64,000 nt of DNA from Mytilus californianus (lineage: Eukaryota): positions 20,460,001 through 20,524,000 of the forward strand of contig NW_026262723.1 in NCBI RefSeq assembly GCF_021869535.1. The letters are read 5' to 3'. Shown piece after piece: positions 12,391-23,179 of the stretch. The number at the start of each line of letters is the position of its first letter. Within the stretch, counting starts at the first letter, position 1. The notes beneath the pieces are model-generated. The model was not told the origin of the DNA and did no database searches. It saw only the letters and a list, made by a program, of their open reading frames with translations. The position numbers were made by a program, and so were the translations under genes.

Positions 12391-12405
12391 GGCGGAAAAT
12401 TCGAA
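12391..12405 (+). promoter_or_regulatory. CDE/CHR-type cell-cycle promoter element of CENP-X
   Basis: GGCGG-AAAA-TTCGAA: CDE, 4-nt spacer and a CHR variant, ~105 bp upstream of the CENP-X ATG. Confidence 0.5.
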
Positions 12406-12510
12406 AATCCTAGACACTAATACACCTTATCGCTATTTTGTCAGATGAGTAGCTTACCAGTGGATGAGCACTGACATCTTTTACTCTAACAACTTCTGTA
12501 TAAGATTGCC

Positions 12511-12543
12511 ATGACTGAGGAATACGGGGCCCTTTTTAAAAAA
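12511..12543 (+). CDS. CENPX: CENP-X coding exon 1 (MTEEYGALFKK)
   Basis: ATG at 12511, donor GTATGT at 12544, phase 0. Confidence 0.8.
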
Positions 12544-15500
12544 GTATGTACTCGTCCCAAATGACTGTTGTCTGTTGACAGTGTTGTACAGTGAAAGCTC
12601 ATTCTGACATTCATAAAAAGTATAATTTATAACAAAAATACCGAACTCCAAGGAAAATTCAAATCGGAAAGTCTTTCATCAAATGGCATATAAAGCTCAA
12701 ACGAATGGAAAAACAACTGTCATATTCCTGACTTGGTACAGGCATTTCCTTATCGGCTTATGTAGAAAATGGTGGATTAAACCTGGTTTTATAGCTAGCT
12801 AAACCTCTCACTTGTATGACAGTCGCATAGAATTCCACTTATGTATACTTCTTCAAAAAGTAAAAGATTCACTGTAACAGGAGCATTCTGAGGCTTATAC
12901 AGTTACCTTGAATGCACCAAATGACCATTGTCCAATGACGCATTTTCCCCCAATTGACCCCAGGTCAACCGGGGCTGTTCATTCATAAAACCATCAGTCA
13001 GGGGACTTATTGAAATAAGTGATTTTTAAATCACTTTAATATTTAAGTAGCAAATTTGAAGTTTTGTCACAAATTGTGATTTTGTAGTTTTACCAAAATT
13101 TTAAACACATAGGTTTAGATAATAATTAATATCTTTTCATTAGTAAAATTGACAAAAGTGAGCTTTTTCTTCTTTTAAGCAGCAAGGTTTATGCCTTTGA
13201 TGCAATCATTTAGCTGCAAATTCTATTTTAGTTGAACAAATGCTATAAAAATGGCTTTACATAATGAACTGATACTTTGAGTTTCTTAACAGATTTTTCC
13301 CAGCAGTGGGAGTATTTTTCCTGTAAAATTCAAGGTTTCATCTTATAGATTATGTAATAAAATTCTACTGTTCGCGATCAAAATTTCACTGTTCTGGGGT
13401 GTTGTAAATTAGTGGGGGTTATTAAAATAATGATACATAAAGAAGTGATTTTTTGGAAGGAAATTGAGGTATGATACTTAAAAAAGTGATTTTTATGTCA
13501 TTATCCTAAATTTAGTACAAGGTCATCACCTGATATGACCCGGTCATCCTATCAACACAGATGTTGGTTCTGATAATTTTAGCAACATAATTAGTCCCTG
13601 GATCATTAGTGTTCTATATTTAGCATGTTTAAAGCTACAATAAAATTAAATCACTTAGTCTAGTGATTAATTTGTACTACTTTAATAGGTGATTATTAAA
13701 GAAAGACAACTCTTACTTCCTATCGTTATGTCTTTAAGAACTTAAATAGTTCTCGTTTAACTTTTTTTTTTTTTTTATCTCATTGTTTGTATTGTATTAT
13801 GAAAAAATTATTGATGTTGTAATGTTTATGCCCTTTGGGGCCCATAATTGGAAATAAAATATCTTATCTTATCTTATCTATGTACATAATGTTACTTGAA
13901 TCAGTGATTTAGACTAGTAAGTCCCCTGACTGAATATATGGCAAGGTTCCGGTACGAAAAATAGTTGGCATGCATTTTGTAGCCAGACACACAGACACTA
14001 TGATAAATTATAAATATTGAAAATAATAATTCAGTTTAAAGGCTATTTTAATACACACGATCGTTTTCTAATGTAAAATGCCACAAATGTAAATTTTTAT
14101 TTAGATACAATTTTCTTTATATAGAAATTGCACTGAGTATGTGTCCAGCTGTTTCCGCCTGTAGCCACTAGTTTCTATAAGTTTTATATAGAAATAACGT
14201 TGTGTCCACCTGTATCCCTTTGTTTCTTAAAATATTTAGAAATTGCACTGTGTCCAGCTGTGTCCGCCTGTAGCCACCAGTATCTAGAAGTTTTATATAG
14301 AAATAAAGTTATGTCCACTTGTGTCTGCCTGTAGCCCCCTATTTCTTAAAGTTTTATACAGAAATAATGTTGTGTCCACCTGTAGACCCCTGTTTCTGTA
14401 ATTTTTATATAAAAATTACACTGTGTCCACTTGTGTCCTCCTGTAGCCCCCTGTTTCTTTAAGTTTTATATAGGAAATAGCACTGTGTCTGCCTGTAGCC
14501 ACCAGTTTTTATAATTTTTTTTGCATAGAAATAGCACTGCTTCCAGCTGTGTCTGCCTGTATCCCCTGTTTCTTTAAGTTTTGTATAGGAAATAGCACTG
14601 TATCCACTTGTGTCCACTTTTAATTTAATTTTTATATATATTTATAACGTTGTGTTCAGATTAGTACTGATTTGTTTAAGCCACATGTACGTGTCCCTGT
14701 ATCCCCGGACACAGCTAACTATATTTTATTATCTAAAAAAGGGTTTTTCTGTATATTGGGGCTCTGAAGAAAGGATGTGTAACAACTTTAGTTTCTAGAC
14801 TTCTTGCCTTTTGTTTTCCCTTCAGCATTTATTGCCCATTAACATGCAGTCCCTGCTTAGTTATGTTGTTTTTAAATGATTACTCTAGTATACAATTATT
14901 GATTGTAACAAAATTATACAGATGAAAATTAGCATTATAGAACATGTACATGTTCTATTTGTCCCCCCAGACTAATCCCAGATTACTTTGACATATTGGT
15001 AAGTTTAGTAACAGCCTAAGGCCCTTTCTAGAACTAACTAGAGTTGTTGGATGTTAGCGCACAGTCCAATTATATGTAGAAAACAAGGAAGTCCCTCGTT
15101 AATTTTCATCACATATATGTACCTTTATTTACCATGTTTACATACCACCCCCTGTAGCACAAACACAATCTTTGTATTCCATACAGCCTTCAACAGTAAA
15201 AAAGACCCATCCTGTATAATAACCTATATAAGACAAAATGAATTTATACTACAAAATTTAGTGAATAACAAGCAGTTAGCAACAAATAGCAAAATTTTAC
15301 TAGATTACAGAATCCTGACTTTTGACAGGCAGACAAAGAATGTGTCTAGATTTTAAATATATATATATATGAACCCTCAATTATGTAATGATCATTAATC
15401 CCATGAACATGATGCAAAATCTACTTGCATGTTGAAATTGCACTTTTAAATCATCAGATTATGAGATAAGAAGAGGATTGCATTGTAAAGGTTTATATGT

Positions 15501-18500
15501 TTGATTACTATTATAAACAGACAAAATGACATTAAATACATTGCATTTATGTATCTTATCATGCTTATAACAATATCTATCAAGAACATGACCATGATGA
15601 TCAAGTAATTAATTAATATCAAATAATTGTTATATTTCAGAAAACAATACAGTGTATTTTACAGTCATTCTTCAAAGATGAGAAGACAAAGAGTAAGTTT
15701 CATAGTGATAATTGCAAAAAAGGAGGTACAGCTACATGTACATTACAGGAATTTTCTGATACCTTGTTAAATACACCTTATCACAATTTGTCCCCCATTA
15801 CTGGACATCACAAAGGCTCCCTTAAAATTTTGACATCACAATTATTAATAGAAAATGTCTGACACCACAAAGGAAAAATGATTGTTGTATGACGTCAATA
15901 AGTCAAGTGTTGCTGATTCCCATATAGCAATACAGTCTATAGCTATCTTGTTTACTATTCTGGCTGTCTTATTTTCTGTGTTATAAAAGTTATTGATAAA
16001 AACTTTACTAATGTTGCATGTCCTTCTTTCTACTTATCCATTTACAACTAAGAAGATGTGGTATGACTGCCAAAGAGACAACTGAATTTAAATAAGTGGA
16101 TATAACAAGTATAGGTCACCATACAGCCTTCAACAATGAGAAAACCCATACAGTATTGTTGGCTATAAAAGGCCAGATATGAAAAAATGTGATCGTGAAA
16201 CAATTCAAACAGAAAAACTCACAGCCTAAGTTATAACAAAACAATTTACGAAAAAAAAACAAATATGACAGACATAAACCAACGACAAACCAACCTTCAT
16301 TCTACTTACATGTATCAACCTGCTGCAAATGTACTTAAAAAATTAAGCATGTGAGGAAAAACACTGCTTTTATCATGTTTATCAGTCAGGAGACTTACTT
16401 AAATGAATGATTTCTAAATCACTGATTCAAGTAACATTTTGTCCACAAATGTTGGAAGTAAGAGTTGTCTTTCTTTAATAATCATCTATAAATTTAGGAA
16501 GTACAAATAAATCACTAGACTAAGTGATTTAATTTTATTGTAGCTTTAAATATTCAATACTAATGATCCAGGGACTAATTATGTTGCTAAAATTATTAGA
16601 ACCAACATCTGTGTTGATAGGATGACTGGTCATGTCAGGTGATGACCTTGTACTGAATCTGGGATAATGACATGAAAATCACTTGTTTAAGTATCATACC
16701 TCTATTTTCTCAAAAATTTAAGTATTATTATTTTAATTACTGCAACTTATTTCAACACCCCGAACAGTGAAATTTTGATCGCGAACAGCAAAATTTTATT
16801 ACATAATCTGTAAGATGAAACCTTAAATTTTACAGGAAAAATTACTCTCACTGTTGGGAAAAATCTGTTTAGAAAGTATCAGTTCATTATGTAAAGCCTT
16901 CACTTCATTATAGCATTTTTAAAAACAAATATAGAATTTACAGCTAAATGATTGCATCAAAGGCATAAACCTTGCTACTTAAAAGAAGCAAAAGGTTCAT
17001 TTTTTTCAATTTTACTTATAATAAGATATAATCTAAACCTATATGTTTAAAAATTTGGTAAAACTGTGAAATCACAATTTGTGACAAAATTTCGAATTTG
17101 CTACTTAAATAAGTGATTTTATAAATCACTTATTTCAGTAATTCCCCTGACTGTTTATCAAGTTTGTGTTGGAGTTTATATTACCATTGTCAAATGATTG
17201 TTATATAATCATGATAATAATAAACCTGATAAATATCAACTCTATTATCAACTTTAATCTGGTTTTATTTTACAACTAACAGTGACTAATGAAGCTATAC
17301 ATTTGTCCAGGGAGCTGATTGGACTCTTTATAACAGGTTAGTGTAATTAAAGATACTGGTAATTTTGTTCAGAGCTGAGGTATATTCTAAGCATTTATAA
17401 TTACCAGGGGTTACATAATCATCCTGAAACAAGAGTAAACTACTGCAAACTAACTTAAAATACCTTTTTAGTAATTCACATTTTCCAGCTGTATTCGGAG
17501 TGATTTATTTTAGCAACTTTCGAACCTTATTTTGATGCATTTTATAGAAGATCCAAGTTTAACATACATGTACTCTAGTTATTTTTTAATTGTGAAAATC
17601 AGTTGGATCACAATATATTGTTCCTTTTTTGTTGATTTCAGATAAAAATATTTGTATTTATTATTTGTCATTACTTTTATGGAGAAATTACTCTTGTAAA
17701 CTTGACATCAATAATAACAGTGCTGGGATCAAGTCTGGAAATTTTATTGTTTCAGATCAAGGTCTTAGTGGTATCATTGTATATATCACTTACTTGGGTT
17801 TGAGCTAGGGAAATACTTCTTTAGCTTAGTCGCTAAGAACCCAGACTTGTAACGTGCAAAAGTCACAGTATGCAAGACATAGGTATTACTATCCGGCGGC
17901 GGCGGTGGCATAATCTATTTGTATAAAGCTTTATATTTCAGAAGGTAAAAGACCTGGATGCTTCATACCTGGTATGCAGATACCTTATGTTGTGAAGTTT
18001 CCGTCTGTCATATGAGCATTGTCCTTGACCTCATTTTCATGGTTCAGCGACTGCTTGAAATAAAATTATTGTATTTTTGTCATGTGAATTTCTCACTTAT
18101 TATGAGTAATGGGATAACTATATTTGGTATATGGGTTCCTTGCAACATCTACATGTCCCTCAGACAAAGTTCACCTGACCTCAACCTCATTTCATGGAAC
18201 AGTAATTAAGGCTAGAGTTACATGATTAGGTCAGTTTCTCAGATACTATAAGCAGTAGGTCAACCATATATGGTGTATGGAATGATTGTAAGGGGTACAT
18301 GCTAGTCTGGCAGGTTTCATCTTACCTTGATCTCATTTTCATGGTTCAATGTAAATTGTTTTGTGTTTTGGTCTGATTTTCAAGTACTATAAGCAATAAA
18401 TCAGCTATAATTGGTGTATGGAATGCTTGAAAGGTGTTCATGTCTGTCTGGTAGGTATCATCCGACCTTGACCTCATTTTCATGGTTCATTGGTCAATGT

Positions 18501-21500
18501 TTAGTTTTTTGTATTTTGGTCGGTTTTTTAAATACTATAAGCAGTAGGTCAAATATATTTGGTGTATGGAATGATTGTAAGGTGTACATGTCTGTCTGGC
18601 AGTTATGATTTGACCTTCACCTCAATTTCATGGTTCATTGGTCAATGTTAAGTTTGAATTCTAGATAGTTCGGCACCTAGACAAATCGGCACCAGGACAA
18701 ATTGGCACCGGAGAAAGACACTTTGGCACCAAGACAAAACCCTCTAGACAAATCAGGACCTCACATAGACAAATTGGTACCTCATAAAGCTTAAATCAAC
18801 CTTGTTTTTATTCCATTTATTAGCTTTCAGACCTTATTAGTTCCATATTCAAAATATGCTCAACCAAAAATTAACTTTGTGGTACTGTAAACAACTGTCG
18901 TCTGACATTGTGAAAGTATAGGAAATTACGGTTACGGTTACAGTTATTTGTTTTGGTGGTCGGCTTACCGACTGGTAATTAATAATAATAATAATAATAA
19001 TAGATTTATTTATTAAAGTGTCACATGTTGATTGTCATAAAACATCTATCACGTTTTAAATATTTACACATAAAACAATCAATATCAATGAGACAACTAT
19101 CAACCTAAGTTCAAATGAAGTGGATGTAAGCAATAATAGGCAACCGTACGGCCTTCAACAATGAGAAAAATCCATACTGTATGGTCGTCTATAAAAGGCC
19201 CCGACATGAAACAATTCAATTGAGAAAACTAACAGCCTAATTTATAACAAAACAATTTACGAAAAACAAATATGACAGACATGAACCAACGACAACCACT
19301 GAACTACAGGCTCCTGACTAGGGACAGGCACACAAAGAATGTGGCGGAGTTAAACATGTTTGTTAGTGCTCAACCCTCCCCTAACCTGGGAAAGTGGTGT
19401 AACAGTACAACATAAGAACAAACTATAAAAATCAGTTGAAAAAGGCTTAACTCATCAGATGGATACAAATAGAAATACATCTAACAAAAACACAGAGTGG
19501 ACGTGGACGGGTACTTATACATCCCCACAACATAGAGACACTAAGTACAGATCTGAGAGTACTCGCATTTACTGACAGCTAGTTCAAAACCAATAACAAC
19601 TTATAAAAAAAATCATGTATCTAAGACTAAAATATCAATCAGTACACATCCAACATCCAATAGATTTAGGTTAAAGATGTCATTAACAGTCAGGGAAAAA
19701 CATGACCTTGTGCAATGCCAAACTATAGGTTTTGACAGATTGTAATACCGTGAAAGTACATATGTGTAATATTTAGTATGGTTTTAATTTACTGATAACA
19801 AAATCAATATTTATACCAATAAAAATAATATTCAAAGATTTAATTACAGTGTTGAATAGGTAACCTTTTAGTTTATTTAAAGGATTGATAAGTTAACCGG
19901 ATCGTATCTAAATTCCGAGCTCGGTTTACAACATCATGTCTGTCTGACAGAATTGATTTGACCTTGACCTCATTGCCATGGATATTTAAAAACGTAAAGT
20001 TTATGTGATACTTGTAGTAAAATCAATGGTCAGTAAAGCAGGCAAGACATTTCAGCGTGTGCACTCTTGTTATAAGAATTGTGTTCTCCGGCTACATATA
20101 ATTTTTTGTCAACTCATGTTATGAGTTTGTCTCTGTATTCTTTGGTGTGGATGCTGTAAATAAAAATCATATGTTTGAGATACTTGCTCCTAATTTTTTT
20201 CCAATGGGATTCATTTCATTGAATGTTGTTCATGAGATAATATCATTGTTATAAAAACTTCTTCTAATTTCATAATGGACCTAGCAGTTTAAAAAGTATT
20301 TACCCTGTGACTCAAGTTCATATTATTTTATTTCAACTTTTTTTATGTCTTCAAGCAGATTTTTTAAAACTTGACATATATATACTTTATACAAGGACAG
20401 ACAAACTATGTTTGTTTAAGTGGTTACATTGTACATTGGTTTGAATTGTAAGACAGTTAGGTAAAACTATTTTAGTTTACGAAAATACACATATTCTATG
20501 TCAATTTGGTCTGTCGGGAACTACTTTGGAATACTGGAAACAAATAGATGGTGACAGTTATCATGTAAAAATGTCTGTTTGCTTGGATTGGTTATGATAA
20601 TGTAGTTGTACTCTTAACATGCTTAACAAACATGTATATATATTTATATAGTTTAGCTTGCCAAAATATGACCTGATAGCCTTTTCATTGAAAAGATAAC
20701 CTGTGCATTGCCTATTAAAAATGTGTGTTTTTATATGATTAAATACTCTCGATTCATATGCCATTTTCAGAGGCAATTATGAGGTCCTGCAAGGAAGCAG
20801 AGGTGAGTTATATGATATACTTGATCAGGTTGATAATAAAAAAAGGTTTTCTTTTTGTTTTGGAACATTATTCATCATGTGAATAAGTGAAAATCTACAG
20901 ATTTACAAAAACGTTCACATTTTTTTATGGCTAATTATGAAGCTTCTTTCACAAACGTGGCCTGCATGTATAACTCACTCAGAGTCCATGAGGTTAAACT
21001 TACCAATGGTTTTAGCTTCCCTTTCTTGTCCATTAATGTCAAGAGATTTAAAAGAGTTCAAAAATCATAGGAGAGGTATGCTTAATGACACAAATTTGAT
21101 GAGACAGGAATATCTCATTTCGTCACTAAAATAAAAAAGGAAATAAATGCTCTTCAAACACTATGAACTACTGTGTGCTGGGGCAGTTGGGAGGGAGATA
21201 TAATTGTGTTGACAGTCATAACATTTATGTAAACACTTAAATTTAAAATGCATTTTTTTCAGAAAGACAGCACTACCACAGTGTCAATTGAACATCTTGA
21301 AAAAATTCTTCCACAACTTGTAAGTTTAAATGTATTTTATCTGTTTACAGTAACATTATGTTATTGTATTACATCATGTATATAATGCAAAAAGTGGTTA
21401 TACTAGTCTGTTAAAATATTGTAAATATAATTGAGAATGGAAACAGGGAATGTGTCAAAGAAACAACAACTTGACCAAGAGCAGAAAACAGCCCAAGGCC

Positions 21501-22242
21501 ACTAGTGGGTCTTCAATGCAGCGAGAAAATCCCACACCCAGAGACAACTTCAGCTGGCCCCTAAACAATATGTATACTAGTTCAGGCAAATGGATGCCAC
21601 ACTAAACTCTGAAACATATAAATACCAAAATTTAAAAAACACACAAAACTAATTAAGGCTAGAGGTTCCTAACTTGGGACAGGCGCAAAAATGTGGCGGG
21701 GTTAAACATATTTTGTGAGATCTCAACCTTCCCCCTATACCTCTTGCCAATTTGGAATAAACAAACACACAGCAATACTCACAGAAAAACTCACATTTCA
21801 AGCATTCCATTGATACCAGTGGCTGTAGAACATAATTTATGCCTTCTACTTATACCACCAGTATCAATACAAAGAGAACATTGATCAAATACAAAACTTA
21901 AAAACAAACAAATATCTACCTGGTACAACCTACCCATTGCCAGGCTCATAACCAGAACCAAATCATTTCATTTTACACTTTATCTTTTGGTAAAATGAAT
22001 TAAAACTACACTATTACATTAAGTGGGTGAATAGTTGAATAGAAAAAAATGAAAAGTTAATTTGACTGAGAATCAACATATCTTAATGTACCTTGAATAG
22101 TAAAAAAAAATGCTTCTAATTGGTATGGAATTGTTTATTGTGTGATTATTTTGTTATGTATAATTACAAAAAGATATTATTTTTTGTCAGTTATGTATAT
22201 TTACAAAAAGACATTATTTTTTGTCAGTTGCTGGATTTCTGA
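12511..22242 (+). CDS. CENPX: Centromere protein X (STRA13/MHF2/FAAP10), histone-fold, 80 aa, 6 coding exons
   Basis: Exons 12511-12543, 15641-15692, 17283-17336, 20771-20802, 21263-21319, 22228-22242; all introns GT-AG and phases consistent. Spliced product: MTEEYGALFKKKTIQCILQSFFKDEKTKMTNEAIHLSRELIGLFITEAIMRSCKEAEKDSTTTVSIEHLEKILPQLLLDF*. Matches CENP-X hallmarks (FKDxKTK; LEKxLPQLLLDF). Confidence 0.95.
12640..12840 (-). repeat. Dispersed repeat fragment related to the PLE 3'-UTR families
   Basis: Shares AAACAACTGTCATATTCCTGACTTGGTACAGGCA with the repeat copies at 19.3 and 45.7 kb. Confidence 0.5.
12995..13932 (+). mobile_element. MITE, TIR CAGTCAGGGGA...TCCCCTGACTG, copy 1 (contains a LINE-tail insertion at ~13740-13880)
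   Basis: Termini as stated; the body is the reverse complement of 16383-17153. The extra segment ends AATAAAA(TATCT)n. Confidence 0.85.
14120..14710 (+). repeat. Minisatellite, ~58-bp unit, ~10 copies
   Basis: Repeated GAAAT(T/A)GCACTGTGTCCAGCTGTGTC(C/T)GCCTGTAGCC..GTTTCT..AAGTTTTATATA. Confidence 0.85.
15641..15692 (+). CDS. CENPX: CENP-X coding exon 2 (KTIQCILQSFFKDEKTK)
   Basis: TTTCAG acceptor, GTAAGT donor, phase 0 to 1. Confidence 0.95.
16045..16290 (-). mobile_element. Dispersed PLE 3'-UTR repeat copy
   Basis: AAGAAGATGTGGTATGACTGCCAAAGAGACAAC...GCCTTCAACAATGAGAAAACCCATAC, same family as 45420-45735. Confidence 0.7.
16383..17153 (-). mobile_element. MITE CAGTCAGG family, copy 2 (inverted relative to copy 1), 5-bp TSD TTTAT
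   Basis: TTTAT|CAGTCAGGAG...TCCCCTGACTG|TTTAT; colinear reverse complement of 12995-13932. Confidence 0.85.
17283..17336 (+). CDS. CENPX: CENP-X coding exon 3 (M-TNEAIHLSRELIGLFIT-E)
   Basis: CTAACAG acceptor, GTTAGT donor, 54 bp, phase 1 to 1. Confidence 0.9.
18665..18785 (+). repeat. Short-period array GGCACC...AGACAAAT (single foldback-like arm)
   Basis: About 7 imperfect copies of a 16-20-bp unit; no inverted partner arm found. Confidence 0.6.
19075..19920 (-). mobile_element. 3' end of a Naiad-type PLE: last RT codons plus ~700-bp 3' UTR
   Basis: The reverse complement of 19780-19915 reads FRYDPVNLSI/PLNKL/KGYLFNTVIKSLNIIFIGINIDFVISKLKPY*, paralogous to the C-terminus at 41310-41430, and runs directly into the abundant dispersed repeat. 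Confidence 0.75.
20771..20802 (+). CDS. CENPX: CENP-X coding exon 4 (E-AIMRSCKEAE)
   Basis: TTTTCAG acceptor, GTGAGT donor, 32 bp, phase 1 to 0. Confidence 0.9.
21263..21319 (+). CDS. CENPX: CENP-X coding exon 5 (KDSTTTVSIEHLEKILPQL)
   Basis: TTTTTTCAG acceptor, GTAAGT donor, 57 bp. Confidence 0.95.
21425..21800 (-). mobile_element. Dispersed PLE 3'-UTR repeat copy (second subfamily)
   Basis: AATTGAGAATGGAAACAGGGAATGTGTCAAAGAAACAACAAC is the reverse complement of the tail at 41490-41535. Confidence 0.65.
22228..22242 (+). CDS. CENPX: CENP-X coding exon 6 (LLDF*)
   Basis: TTTTGTCAG|TTG CTG GAT TTC TGA. Confidence 0.95.
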   Translation: MLDF

Positions 22243-22489
22243 GATGGTAATGCCAGATGATGAATGGCTACCTCGTGGATGTGTTATATGGACCGTTAGA
22301 GATTATAAATTTCATAGACTTATGATGTTTTACATTATTATTAAAAATATTATACTTTTGCTAAATATATTTGGACTGTGTGATGGTCAACTGCCTGTGT
22401 GGTCTAATTTCTCTCTTATAATATGAGAGGCCCTGGTTGGGATCCCTGGTTTGTTCAAGACTCCCCAAGCCTACAGAATTACACAGTAA

Positions 22490-22860
22490 AAGCAAAAACT
22501 GGTCAATTAAGTTCAGAGTCTTTGTGATCTCGTTGAAGCATACTCAATAAGTACAATAGGTTGTGATTTTGATCCCCACAAGATCAAATCAAACTTGAAA
22601 ATTGGTAAAGGCTGCACCTCTGCTCAGCACATTGTATTTAGGAGTAAGAATAAACACTTGTACGCTCAGAGTCAGAATAATGTGTCTTGGTAGGTTGTCG
22701 TATCTTTCTGCAACTGTTACCTGGTGAAGAAATAGGTTTCAAAACTGGCTCAGTGTGTCAGTCTGGTACAAAGATATTCATATAAAAACATGTCCTTGTC
22801 CCGAATATGCATTTAATTCCATGTAATTTGCCACTGGATGTTAAAACAACCATCCATCAT
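22490..22860 (+). mobile_element. Degenerate bivalve-type tRNA SINE
   Basis: Decayed B-box-like GGTTGTGATTTTGATCCCC, core ...CTCAGAGTCAGAATAATGTGTC..., tail TTTGCCACTGGATGTTAAAACAACCATCCATCA; related in antisense to 34425-34930 and 40725-41000. Confidence 0.5.
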
Positions 22861-22918
22861 CATGTTCATCATCTTTGTCATCATCATTAGTGCTGTCATG
22901 GTCAACATCATCATAAAA

Positions 22919-23066
22919 ATAGTAAATTCAGAATTCATTATCAGTTATATAGTGTATTTTTTTATTATTGCGAATCAATGATTACTGAAAAATTATGAAC
23001 ATGAGTTTTTATTTTTGCGAACCAGATACTGTTGCATTCATCACAATAATTTCTGAATTTACAGTA
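22919..23066. mobile_element. Short MITE, TA-flanked (Tc1/mariner-like)
   Basis: ATAGTAAATTCAGAA... / ...TTCTGAATTTACAGTA inverted ends. Confidence 0.55.
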
Positions 23067-23179
23067 TATCTGTTACTATTACTGTTTTCTTTTTGCTCAG
23101 AAGGGCTAGCAAATACAGTTTTTATTGTATTTAAAAGTATAATTGAAGAACATATGAAAAATTAGTTGGTGATACGACT

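Larger units (their letters stand above)
17820..20075 (+). mobile_element. pearl/HINE-type element, family C (GACCTTGACCTC core), interrupted by insertions at ~18660-19920
   Basis: Head GCAAAAGTCACAGTATGCAAGACATAGG, tandem cores, tail GACATTTCAGCGTGTGCACTCTTGTT at ~20046-20071; same as 23945-24815. Confidence 0.7.
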
